From positions 10,311-74,310 of the forward strand of contig JAIORP010000029.1 of the NCBI GenBank assembly GCA_021108075.1: a stretch of 64,000 nt of DNA, written 5' to 3'. The translations under genes and the position numbers were made by a program. Below the pieces are notes generated by a model. It was not told the DNA's origin, did no database searches, and was given only the letters and a program-made list of their open reading frames with translations. This DNA is from Candidatus Omnitrophota bacterium. Its GTDB lineage: Bacteria > Omnitrophota > Gorgyraeia > Zapsychrales > Zapsychraceae. How positions within the stretch are numbered: position 1 is the stretch's first letter; each line of letters opens with the position of its first letter. Shown one piece after another: positions 1-9,226 of the stretch.

Positions 1-776
1 TCACTCCCGCAGAAGAGATTGAACTCGCCAAGAAAGTCCAGAAAGGCGATAAAAAGGCGCGTGATCGAATGATTCGGTCAAATTTGCGTTTGGTTATCAG
101 CATTGCCAAACGTTATGTCAATTTAGGTGTTCCCTTGAGTGATTTGATCGAAGAGGGGAATATCGGGTTGATGAAAAGTGTTGAAAAGTTTGATCCCGAT
201 AGAGGTTTCCGCTTCTCAACTTATGCTGCCTGGTGGATTAAGCAGGGCATTTCTCGGGCGATCATTGATCAGGGTAAAATGATCCGCGTCCCGGTCTACA
301 TGAATGAAGAAATCTTGAAATACAAGAAAGTTGTGGAGAAGTTAACTCATAAGCTTAACCGTAGACCACGGTTGGGTGAAGTGGCCAAGAAAATGAAAGT
401 GCCCGTTAATAAAATCCGTGAATTGGAAAATGCTATCGCGCGTATGTCTAGTCTCGATGCCCCGATCGGTGAAGATGGGGATGGCCAGGTTAAAGATATT
501 ATTGAAGATGAAAATATTATTGCCCCGGATGAAGAGTTAGAAGCCTTCTTTACCAAAGAAAGAGCGATGGGTTTTCTTGATATGCTCAATGAAAGGGAGC
601 GCAAAATTTTGGATATGCGTTATGGCTTATCCGACGGCGACTCACACACCTTGTCTGAGATCGCTAAAGTCCTGGGAATTTCCCGTGAGCGTGTCCGCCA
701 GATTGAAGCGGCCACAATTAAAAAGATTCGGCGCATTATTGAAGACCAAAAGAAAAATGAGCACGAAGACCTCTGA
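1..776 (+). CDS. RNA polymerase sigma-70 family factor, 5' partial (continues off the window start)
   Basis: In-frame translation from nt 3 gives TPAEEIELAKKVQKGDKKARDRMIRSNLRLVISIAKRYVNLGVPLSDLIEEGNIGLMKSVEKFD, the sigma-70 region 2 signature. The C-terminal HTH motif LSEIAKVLGISRERVRQIE matches region 4.2. Confidence 0.85.
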   Translation, partial: TPAEEIELAKKVQKGDKKARDRMIRSNLRLVISIAKRYVNLGVPLSDLIEEGNIGLMKSVEKFDPDRGFRFSTYAAWWIKQGISRAIIDQGKMIRVPVYMNEEILKYKKVVEKLTHKLNRRPRLGEVAKKMKVPVNKIRELENAIARMSSLDAPIGEDGDGQVKDIIEDENIIAPDEELEAFFTKERAMGFLDMLNERERKILDMRYGLSDGDSHTLSEIAKVLGISRERVRQIEAATIKKIRRIIEDQKKNEHEDL

Positions 777-847
777 TCTCTCAAAAGCCTTACTATATTA
801 TTTTTATCGCGACACTTTCTTTAAATATTAATCACTCTTAATTTAGG

Positions 848-1390
848 ATGTTTCTAATGGTCGAAACGATTAAAAAAAGTGAATTGAAAAATTATATTCG
901 GGATATTCGTGACTTTCCAAAAGAAGGAATTCTTTTTAAAGATATCACAACCCTGTTGAAAGATAAGGACGCTTTTAAAAAGGCTGTCGACCTGATGGCC
1001 AAGAAATATAAAAAAGCAGGCGTCGATTATGTCGTTGGGGTTGAAGCCCGTGGTTTCATTTTTGGCGCTGCGGTTGCCTATAAACTCGGCGTGGGATTTG
1101 TGCCTGTCCGCAAGAAAGGCAAATTGCCGGCCAGAATAAGCGCGATCACGTATGATTTAGAATATGGCACAGACACTCTGGAAATTCATGAAGATGCCAT
1201 CCCGGCTAAGTCCAAGGTTCTTATTGTGGACGACCTTTTAGCAACTGGCGGCACGATTCGGGCTGTAGCCGATTTATTGAAAAATTTAAAAGCGGATACC
1301 ATTGGGGCAGCGTTTTTAATTGAATTGCGTTTTCTGAAAGGAAAAAAGAAACTGCAAGACTTAAATCTTTTTTCGTTATTGAAATACTGA
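848..1390 (+). CDS. apt: adenine phosphoribosyltransferase
   Basis: Contains the PRTase motif VLIVDDLLATGGT and GVEARGFIFGAAVAYKLGVGFVPVRKKGKLP. Length 180 aa is typical of Apt. Confidence 0.9.
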   Translation: MFLMVETIKKSELKNYIRDIRDFPKEGILFKDITTLLKDKDAFKKAVDLMAKKYKKAGVDYVVGVEARGFIFGAAVAYKLGVGFVPVRKKGKLPARISAITYDLEYGTDTLEIHEDAIPAKSKVLIVDDLLATGGTIRAVADLLKNLKADTIGAAFLIELRFLKGKKKLQDLNLFSLLKY

Positions 1391-1476
1391 TACCAAAACC
1401 GATTTTATTTTTTTGACGCTAATGTAAAAATATCAGAATTGAGATAGAACAATTCATTAATGGATCTGGTATGATG
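1386..1476 (+). repeat. Copy A of a conserved intergenic element with terminal inverted repeats (MITE-like / promoter cassette)
   Basis: taccaaaaccgatttt...aatatcagaattgagatagaacaattcattaatggatctggtatgat; near-identical copies at 18784, 32810, 44257 and 57296 (reverse). Confidence 0.6.
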
Positions 1477-1648
1477 TGATCTCAGTGTCAAATGGATGCC
1501 GTTTATTGACGGAATAAATTCTCAATCACATTTTTTTTTGTCTGAGATCGGGTGTGAGTTGTAAAGATTGTTTTTTTATTGTTTTATGTTTGCCAGAAAT
1601 TCCTTCCATCCGTCGGCTGTTAAACAACCAAAAAGTATTTGATACAAA

Positions 1649-4063
1649 ATGCGTTTAAGACAAAATCACATTATTTGTTTTTTTATATTGATCATTACTT
1701 TTTTCGCTTTTCTGCCCGCCTTGAGCGGTGAATTCCTGCTTTGGGATGATGATACCCATGTTTTGAATAATCGTTACGTGTCCTCTTTGTCGTTTGACAG
1801 TGTGAAGGGGATGTTCACAAGCCGCGTGAATGATATTTATATCCCATTAACGACGTTTGTTTTCGCGCTGGAATATCATTTCGCTCAATTTAATCCCATC
1901 GTTTTTCATTGTGTGAATCTTTTTCTGCATCTAGGTGTTTGTGTTCTTGTTTTCTGGTTGGCTTTGCGATTAAGGCTTTCTACCGTCGGGGCCTGTGTCG
2001 CCACTCTGATTTTTGCCGTGCATCCGATGCGGGTTGAATCTGTCGTGTGGATCACAGAGCTTAAAGATGTGCTCTACGCGTTTTTTTATTTGGCCGCGGT
2101 CCATGCGTATCTCAATTATTTGCGATATCCTTTTCAGGATAAAAAACTGAAGCCCAAACCGGCAATGGGTTGGTTGGTCTGGACGATTGTGTTTGGGAGT
2201 TTGAGTGTTTTGGCCAAGCCAATGGCTTTAAGCTTACCCTTAATTTTGTTGTTGCTGGATTGGTTTTTAGAGCGGGATCTCAGCCGCCGTTATTTTTTCG
2301 AGAAGATATGGGTGGCCATACCTGTCTGGGGGATCACATTGTGCACGTATTTAGCGCATGCCCGGTTGCCGTCTGAAACCAGTTTTCCCGGGGGCCTGAT
2401 CTGGATCTGGTCCTTTGTTTTTTACTGGACGCAGTTTTTTATCCCGGTCTACAACGTGCCGATTTATGAACTGCCCCAACCGATCGACCTTGGTGTTTAT
2501 GAGTACTACATTTCCGTGATGGCTTTTATACTTATTTTGTATTCTTTCTGGCGTTTCCGTCGGAACAAATGGTATATCTTTGCGGTCGGGTATTTCTTTT
2601 TCTCGATTTTCTTTTTGCTGCGATGGGACGCGGGCTACGACACCAATATGATCGCTGACCGTTTTATGTATTTGCCGGGTCTGGGATTTTGTCTCTTGCT
2701 TGGCAAATGGCTGGACGAGTTCTGGTATGAACGAAGACGAAGAAAGACTGCTTTGGTTCTGAGCGTTTGCGTTGTCGGCTTTTTATTTGCGCGCACCAAT
2801 CAACTCAGCCGGGTTTGGCGGACCAGTGAGTCCCTGTGGGACCATGAGTTAAAATATTATCCGACCCAACACGTCGCATTGACCAATAAGGCTAATGTTT
2901 TGTTAGAGCAGGAAGCGTATCAAGGCGCCTTGCGCGAGTCGCGTGATATCTTCGCCCGGCAGGCCCGGGGCGAGTTGAAGGATCTTGATCCTGAGCAGCG
3001 TCAGGTGCTTGGGAAAGTTTATTATCTGCGCCATCTTTATCGCTCCGCCATTAAAAGCAATCCGGAGTCTTATGACGCGAAATACAATCTGGCCCATTTG
3101 TACCGGGAGATGGGAAAGAACAGCAAGGCCATTGATCTTTACCGAAACATTATCGAAAAAAGTCCCGCCTATGAAGACGCTTATTTTGCTCTGGGGGATA
3201 TGTACCTGGTTGCGAATCGTGTGGAAGAGGCGTTAGGTATTTATCAACGGATTCTGTCACTTTGGAAGAAAGAGGAACGGTTTTATGTCGCTGTGGTCCT
3301 GGCCTTGAGTGAGCAGAGACATTTAGAAAATAAAGACAAACATCTGGTGCAGGCCATGCGCCTTGAGGTGCTTGAAAATTATATCGCCTTGATCAATGCC
3401 AAGCCGATCCAGACCGAATCGTATAAAAAATTAGGACTGATTTACCTCAGTGTAGGGGAAGACAACAGAGCGGTTTCAGCCCTGCAGGCTGTGCTGGATG
3501 AAAGACCGCGGGATATCGATGCGTTAATGTATCTCGGGCAGGTTTTTCGTAATCAGGGCCGGTTCAGGGATGCCTTGGGAACTTTTAAAAAGGTTTATGC
3601 CCTTGATCCTCAGCACATCGACGCCTTGTTCCAGCAGGGTGTCACTTATTTCCGCATGAATGATTTTGACCAGGCCCAGAAAATTTTTTTGGAGGTGACA
3701 GGCCTTCAGCCGGACCATGGCCGGGCCTATTATAATTTGGGGTATATTGCTGAAAAGACCAGCGCGCTCAAGGATGCCATGCAGTGGTATCAGAAGGCTG
3801 TCGAGCATGATCCGCGCAATCCAGAGGCCTATTACAATTTAGGGAATGTTTACGCTGTCCTGGAAATGCATTCTAAATCCAGGTTCTATTACCGACAGGC
3901 ACTGGATATGAATCCCGGGTATACGGACGCTGCGGTAAATTTATCCACGATTTATTATCTGGACGGTGATTTTACCCGGGCCTTGCAATATTTGGATGAG
4001 GCCGTTAAACTAGGGTATCAGCCCCCGGCTGAATACTTACAAATTTTAACCCCCTATCGGTAG
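1649..4063 (+). CDS. Membrane protein with N-terminal multi-pass GT39/PMT-like domain and C-terminal TPR repeats
   Basis: About 10 predicted TM helices in the first 400 aa, followed by repeated TPR-like A..Y..G/A...Y motifs (AYFALGDMY, AYYNLGYI, AYYNLGNVY). Confidence 0.7.
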   Translation: MRLRQNHIICFFILIITFFAFLPALSGEFLLWDDDTHVLNNRYVSSLSFDSVKGMFTSRVNDIYIPLTTFVFALEYHFAQFNPIVFHCVNLFLHLGVCVLVFWLALRLRLSTVGACVATLIFAVHPMRVESVVWITELKDVLYAFFYLAAVHAYLNYLRYPFQDKKLKPKPAMGWLVWTIVFGSLSVLAKPMALSLPLILLLLDWFLERDLSRRYFFEKIWVAIPVWGITLCTYLAHARLPSETSFPGGLIWIWSFVFYWTQFFIPVYNVPIYELPQPIDLGVYEYYISVMAFILILYSFWRFRRNKWYIFAVGYFFFSIFFLLRWDAGYDTNMIADRFMYLPGLGFCLLLGKWLDEFWYERRRRKTALVLSVCVVGFLFARTNQLSRVWRTSESLWDHELKYYPTQHVALTNKANVLLEQEAYQGALRESRDIFARQARGELKDLDPEQRQVLGKVYYLRHLYRSAIKSNPESYDAKYNLAHLYREMGKNSKAIDLYRNIIEKSPAYEDAYFALGDMYLVANRVEEALGIYQRILSLWKKEERFYVAVVLALSEQRHLENKDKHLVQAMRLEVLENYIALINAKPIQTESYKKLGLIYLSVGEDNRAVSALQAVLDERPRDIDALMYLGQVFRNQGRFRDALGTFKKVYALDPQHIDALFQQGVTYFRMNDFDQAQKIFLEVTGLQPDHGRAYYNLGYIAEKTSALKDAMQWYQKAVEHDPRNPEAYYNLGNVYAVLEMHSKSRFYYRQALDMNPGYTDAAVNLSTIYYLDGDFTRALQYLDEAVKLGYQPPAEYLQILTPYR

Positions 4064-4083
4064 ATGTTGTTTTTCCACTTAAT

Positions 4084-4157
4084 GCGCCTATAGCTCAGAT
4101 GGATAGAGCGCGGCCCTCCTAAGGCCGGCGTGGGAGGTTCGAGTCCTCCTAGGCGCA
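4084..4157 (+). tRNA. tRNA-Arg (anticodon CCT)
   Basis: Cloverleaf readable: acceptor GCGCCTA/TAGGCGC, D-arm GCTCAGATGGATAGAGC, anticodon stem CGGCC/GGCCG with loop CTCCTAA, T-arm GGAGGTTCGAGTCCTCC. Confidence 0.85.
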
Positions 4158-4780
4158 TTCTTTTTTCATGAAGGTTCCGCGGCTTTAGCGAAGCAGTACA
4201 AAGCTTTGTTCATATCGCCTACGCGAAGCGGAATTTGTTCCCGCGTCGCTTCAGGCATTAACCCGGAAGCGACACAAAATTATTACCCGCTGTATTCCTG
4301 ACATATCAGGCTGAATGAGAACAGAATTTGTCAGAGGTGATCTTCATGCCAATTTCAGTCCTGGATTGAAGATTTCCTGTCGGCCTGTTGGACTTGAATT
4401 TTGAATTCGCGTAGAGCACGAAAAAGAGAATTCTCTGGCACCTGTATTCGGCATGGATCCCGATTGTATTCAGTCGTTTAATGGAGTGAATTCCTCTGAG
4501 CTCTGCTCCGAGGAGATTCACTTTTGATGAATTTGAGTGAAATTATCGACTGGAAACCGGAAAAACGCGAAAAATTGTCGATTTTGGTCTGTGAGCTTAT
4601 ACAAAGAGGATACGGGATCTTAACTGGACATTAATTACGATAATCGTATATACTTCAAGTATTTATAGGAATTCAGTTATATTGTTTTTTTCAGGAAAAC
4701 CCTTTCCCGACGAGGTAAAATTTAGAAAAATGCCTGTTGTTAGGCTGATTAGTCCATTATAAAAATAATCTTAATAATTG

Positions 4781-4809
4781 TTGACACTGGAAGGCTCATG
4801 TGTAAAAAT
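4781..4809 (+). promoter_or_regulatory. Candidate sigma-70 promoter upstream of the first porin-like gene
   Basis: TTGACA, 17-nt spacer, then TGtAAAAAT (extended -10-like). It would give a ~180-nt leader. Confidence 0.3.
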
Positions 4810-4990
4810 GTGTCGTATTTTTACATAATCCAGAGATGATTCTAATTAGACTCAGAAAGGGGGGAGGAAAATTTAAGGTCGGGGTCATCAAGAAACTGGC
4901 ATAGTTTCGAAAGTAACCGGGATAGTTGAGTTGTTTTATCTTGGCCTATATAGATTTATAAAGCAAAATTTTTACTTTAAGGAGAATCAA

Positions 4991-6406
4991 ATGAGAAAAA
5001 GTATACTTTTGGCAATGATCATGGTCGCCTTTGTGGCCATGCCGGCATTTGCTAGTGTACAAAACATTAAAATCAGTGGTGGGGTTGATTCCTACTGGGC
5101 ATACCGTGAAGACTTCGATTTCGGTTATGAAGCAACCACAATCGGTGGGGACAAAATTCAAAACATATTCTTCACCATCACGAGCTTACAAGTCGATGCG
5201 GACTTAACCGACAACGTGACAGCAACAATCGCGTTAGTTAATGAAAGGGCCTGGGGTAATGATACTGATGCTACTCGAGGGCTTTCAAATTCAGGGGCTC
5301 AAACTGACGTTGAAATTGACCTCGCGTTTGTCACACTAAGAGAAATGCTTTATTCACCATTAACACTGGTTATCGGTCGTCAAAGATTACCAAAGTACGG
5401 TAATGGTTTAATCGTATCCAAGGGTACAGGCGTCGGCAATTCAAATTTAACCGATGTCGTCCAGGACTACCGTGGGATCAAGGCTATGGACGCCATCCGC
5501 GCTATTCTGGATTATGATCCGTTAACCGTTGAAATCATCTATGGTAAATTCGATTCTAACACAGTCGCGGGTGCTTCTGAGGAAGACGATGATGTCGATC
5601 TTTACGGCATCCAGACCGCTTATGAATTAGGCGATGACATGAACACATTGGTCGAAGCTTATTTCTGGGCAAAAATCAACAAAGAAACAACACAAGCAGC
5701 TGCAAATTGTGATCTTAAACCTGACACAGTTTATACACCTGGTTTACGCGCCAGCACAACCCCGATCGAAGGTTTAACCGTGTCCGGGGAAATCGCGATG
5801 CAATCAGGAACCAAAGTTATCAGTACCGCAAGAGATGCAGAAAATCAAAAACGAAAAGCCATGGCCGCTGAATTCATGGCCACGTATCAAGTTCCTGTGG
5901 CTGAAGATTATAATCCGGTTGTTTCTTATGATTATATTTATGCTTCAGGGGATAGCAACCCAGCAGATGAAACATCATCAGGTGAAGTTTCCAGAAATAA
6001 ATGGACGGCCTGGGATCCAATGCTTGAAGGCACATTAGGCGGAAGCAAGATTTTCAACGCCTTGTTCAGCTTAACAAACGTGCATGTTCATTCTTTTTCA
6101 TTGCAAGCCAATCCGATGGAAGACGTGACTTCTAAGGTCGTTTTTTCAAAATATTGGTTAGATAAAGAAACAGACGGAACAGCATGGACATTAAACCGAA
6201 CAGATACTTCAGGTGCAGAAGTTGTCGGCGCGCAAGACGATGAAACAGACCTGGGTTATGCTGTTGATCTCTACACAACTTATGACTACACAGAAGATGT
6301 TTCTATCGGAGCATTAATGTCATGGTTCGTGCCAGGCGATGTCTTTAGTAAAGACAATCAAGACGCAGCTTCACAAGTTATGGTTGATGTTAATGTTGAT
6401 TTTTAA
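4991..6406 (+). CDS. Porin-like outer-membrane beta-barrel protein, paralog 1 (ORF track start 4931; ATG 4991 with RBS AAGGAG preferred)
   Basis: Signal peptide MRKSILLAMIMVAFVAMPAFA; alternating amphipathic beta-strand pattern; C-terminal ...VNVDF ending in an aromatic residue, as in OM beta-barrels. It is a clear paralog of 6813-8210. Confidence 0.6.
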   Translation: MRKSILLAMIMVAFVAMPAFASVQNIKISGGVDSYWAYREDFDFGYEATTIGGDKIQNIFFTITSLQVDADLTDNVTATIALVNERAWGNDTDATRGLSNSGAQTDVEIDLAFVTLREMLYSPLTLVIGRQRLPKYGNGLIVSKGTGVGNSNLTDVVQDYRGIKAMDAIRAILDYDPLTVEIIYGKFDSNTVAGASEEDDDVDLYGIQTAYELGDDMNTLVEAYFWAKINKETTQAAANCDLKPDTVYTPGLRASTTPIEGLTVSGEIAMQSGTKVISTARDAENQKRKAMAAEFMATYQVPVAEDYNPVVSYDYIYASGDSNPADETSSGEVSRNKWTAWDPMLEGTLGGSKIFNALFSLTNVHVHSFSLQANPMEDVTSKVVFSKYWLDKETDGTAWTLNRTDTSGAEVVGAQDDETDLGYAVDLYTTYDYTEDVSIGALMSWFVPGDVFSKDNQDAASQVMVDVNVDF

Positions 6407-6438
6407 TTAACGTTCATCCGTATTTGTTTATGTTTAAT

Positions 6439-6472
6439 CCCCTGTTGCCTTTGGGCAGCAGGGGATTTTTTT
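6439..6472 (+). terminator. Rho-independent terminator after porin paralog 1
   Basis: CCCCTGTTGCC-tttg-GGCAGCAGGGG hairpin followed by ATTTTTTTG. Confidence 0.7.
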
Positions 6473-6812
6473 GTCCTCCTTCAGGCTCGTTCAGATTTTT
6501 CTGAACAACAAGTCTTTACTTTTCAACATGCCCATAGTTTGCGTATGTAATAAACGGTATAAGGTTGTAGGACTCTCTTAAGTGAGATAAGTATAAATGT
6601 ATTTAAACATTTGCGTTGTTTCCGTCGAGTCATGTATTAACGAAAAATAAATTGAAAAAATTCACAAAATTTATTGACCGCTTTTTATATGTATGCAAGA
6701 ATTCATGAAGTAATCAATTTATTTAAAGAAGCGTATTATTTTGATACAGATGTTGCTTGTCTTTCATATATATGTCAATAATTCAAATTGTATCTTCGGA
6801 GGAAAAACACAG

Positions 6813-8210
6813 ATGAAAAAAATTGGTTTAACAATTCTTATGTTGGCCGTAGCATCTACCTCAGCCTTTGCCGCTGTGCAAAATTTGAAAGTCAGTGGAA
6901 GTGTCCGCTCAACCTTTATTCATCGGGAAAATTTTGATCTGGGGAAAGCCCCGACAGGTGATGAAATCCAGGACATCTTCATTACCAATACCCATTTGCG
7001 GCTCGACGCCGACTTGACCGACAAAGTCTCGGCGACGATCGATTTGTTAAATGAACGGGCATGGGGTAATGACACGGCAAGCGCGGGGCTGGAGACCGGC
7101 GTGAAGATCAATCTGGCCTATGTGACCTTGCGTGAGATGCTTTATTCGCCATTGACGATTGTCGTCGGACGGCAGTTGCTCAGGTATGGTAACCAATTTG
7201 TTTTAGGGGAAAGCAAAGAACCTGTTTTTCCGCCGGGATCAAGCAATCTCAGTTTTGTGGCCTTTGATCAAAGTGACGTGGAATCCTTTGACGCGGTGAA
7301 GTTTATATTAGACTATCAACCTTTAACGATTGATATCTTCTATGCCAAGATAGATTCCAATACGGTCGCCGGGGCCTCTGAAGACGATGATGATATCGAC
7401 TTTTATGGGATCTATTCCGTGTATGATTTTGAGAATGTGGCCAAGACCAAGATTGACGCCTATTTTCTGGCTAAGATTGATAAGTATGTCGCGAATAACG
7501 CATCTCCAGCGCCGGCAACAGGTATTAAACCGGATACAATTTACATGCCGGGTTTTCGGGTCAGCAGCGGTTTAGCCGAAGGCTTGTGGACCTCGCTTGA
7601 GGTTGTCTGGGAAAGGGGGAATAAAGTTTTGAACAGTGCTACTCCGGCGGAGAACCAAAGGCGCGAGGCCTTTGCGACACAGTTATTGACTTTTTACCAG
7701 CTGCCGGTCCTGAAAGACTATAAACCCGCCCTTATCCATGAATTTACATATACAACCGGGGATAGTAATAAAACGGATACCGCTTATTCCGGAGAAGTTT
7801 CAAGAAATGTCTTCACCGCCTGGGACCGTCTGTACGAAGATCAGGATAATGGTTCGATCTTGAACACGATTGTTTCTTTATCGAACGCAGTGGCGCACAC
7901 CGTTGCCTTTCAGTTTTATCCTGTGGAAGAGTTAAAGACGGTTATCGCCTGGACCGGTCTATGGACGAACACGCCGATTTATTCCGCTTCAGAAATCATT
8001 GCCCAGCCTGACGGCTTTAACGTCGTGACGTTGACCCCGGGTCAACGTGAGATCGGTTATGAAATCGATTTGTTCATGTATTATCAATACACCGAAGATG
8101 TGGAATTTAATCTTTCGCTTGGTTGGGTCATCCTTGGTGATGCTGTCAATGATACGGCTAATCCGAACGGGCCGTTCCAGGTCCTGGCCGGGACGAAAGT
8201 TAATTTTTAG
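6813..8210 (+). CDS. Porin-like outer-membrane beta-barrel protein, paralog 2 (ORF track start 6741; ATG 6813 with RBS GGAGGA preferred)
   Basis: Signal peptide MKKIGLTILMLAVASTSAFA. Shares long blocks with paralog 1 (LTD.V.ATI.L.NERAWGNDT, LAYVTLREMLYSPLT.V.GRQ, NTVAGASE.DDD.D.YGI). C-terminal ...KVNF. Confidence 0.6.
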   Translation: MKKIGLTILMLAVASTSAFAAVQNLKVSGSVRSTFIHRENFDLGKAPTGDEIQDIFITNTHLRLDADLTDKVSATIDLLNERAWGNDTASAGLETGVKINLAYVTLREMLYSPLTIVVGRQLLRYGNQFVLGESKEPVFPPGSSNLSFVAFDQSDVESFDAVKFILDYQPLTIDIFYAKIDSNTVAGASEDDDDIDFYGIYSVYDFENVAKTKIDAYFLAKIDKYVANNASPAPATGIKPDTIYMPGFRVSSGLAEGLWTSLEVVWERGNKVLNSATPAENQRREAFATQLLTFYQLPVLKDYKPALIHEFTYTTGDSNKTDTAYSGEVSRNVFTAWDRLYEDQDNGSILNTIVSLSNAVAHTVAFQFYPVEELKTVIAWTGLWTNTPIYSASEIIAQPDGFNVVTLTPGQREIGYEIDLFMYYQYTEDVEFNLSLGWVILGDAVNDTANPNGPFQVLAGTKVNF

Positions 8211-8264
8211 TAAAATTTTAACTTGTTGATATTTAAAGGTTTAAACCTTTAATAAAATAGCACA

Positions 8265-8299
8265 AAAGCATAAACGATTTAGCGTTTATGCTTTTGTTG
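8265..8299 (+). terminator. Rho-independent terminator after porin paralog 2
   Basis: AAAAGCATAAACG-atttag-CGTTTATGCTTTT, then a GTTGT T-rich tail. Confidence 0.7.
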
Positions 8300-8536
8300 T
8301 GTCTGGCCCTGCTGTCCGGGAAGTGTCCTGAAGTTTTTCATATTTTCGCAATTAACCTTTCTGGTCGGGATATTAAATTTTATTTTTTGTTTCTCGTCGA
8401 CAAAGTCATTTTTTTATGGCTAAAAAAATATGAAAATATGTTTTATTATGTATTTTAATTTGTTAAGATACACATAATAAGGATTAAAATAACATAAATA
8501 GCGAAACTAAGCATAAAAACGAGAGAGTTAGAACCC

Positions 8537-9124
8537 GTGTCCGATAAAATGAATAGAGATGAAATTTATGATCATTTAGCCCAGGTATATTTGGGTAAAA
8601 GAAAAGACGCGGATGTTAAGAGTAAAAAACAATATGATGTTTGGCTTCTGATTAACATTTTTATTATGGTCATTATTTTTGCCAGCGCAACGTATGGGTT
8701 GACAGCCTTTTTAACCCAAAAGAGGCCTGAGTTGCGCAGCAAAGTTATTTATACCCTCTATCAGGGGCCAATCCAAATTATGTACAACTTTAGGAATAGT
8801 GAGAACCCAACTAAAGAATTTACATTATCTGTTAAAAATATCGATGCGACGAAATACAAGAAATTAGTTTTTCACGCCCGCGCAAGAGAAGAAGGATCCC
8901 CGGGCATTGTCAAGGTTGTCTTAAGCAATCGAAGGAATGAAACCGCGCATTTTTATATCAGAGGTGTCGACCTGAAGTGGAAAAGTTATACGATCCCGTT
9001 TGAGGACTTTAAAGAAATTACGGATTGGAAAGGGTTGCAGAATATTTCCTTTGTGCTTGAAAGCTGGAATGTTGAGAAAGACAAAGGTGTCGTTCTCATT
9101 GAAGACATCGAATTTTCAGGGTGA
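8537..9124 (+). CDS. Hypothetical membrane-anchored protein with a CBM11/CIA30-like beta-sandwich domain
   Basis: Single TM helix (WLLINIFIMVIIFASATYGLTAFL). The C-terminal 130 aa follow a pattern typical of CBM/CIA30-like domains (KWKSYTIPFEDF...ISFVLES...GVVLIEDIEFSG). Confidence 0.45.
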   Translation: MSDKMNRDEIYDHLAQVYLGKRKDADVKSKKQYDVWLLINIFIMVIIFASATYGLTAFLTQKRPELRSKVIYTLYQGPIQIMYNFRNSENPTKEFTLSVKNIDATKYKKLVFHARAREEGSPGIVKVVLSNRRNETAHFYIRGVDLKWKSYTIPFEDFKEITDWKGLQNISFVLESWNVEKDKGVVLIEDIEFSG

Positions 9125-9226
9125 TAAATATTAATACGAAATTTCGTGTTAAATAGAATATTTATGATAGACAATTTAATAAAACGTGCGTGATTAACGT
9201 GCGCTGAAAAAAGGGGGCTCAGAAAG

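Noticed and set aside
2170-3236. Short same-strand and opposite-strand ORFs (2170-2376, 2903-3097, 2985-3236) inside the TPR membrane protein gene
   Set aside because: Embedded in an 804-aa ORF with coherent TM and TPR architecture. No independent start signals.
6661-6812. Promoter for the second porin paralog
   Set aside because: A TTGACC hexamer (6675-6680) is present, but no convincing -10 at 16-18 nt spacing (candidates AAGAAT or TATATGT). It is left uncalled rather than forcing a weak match.
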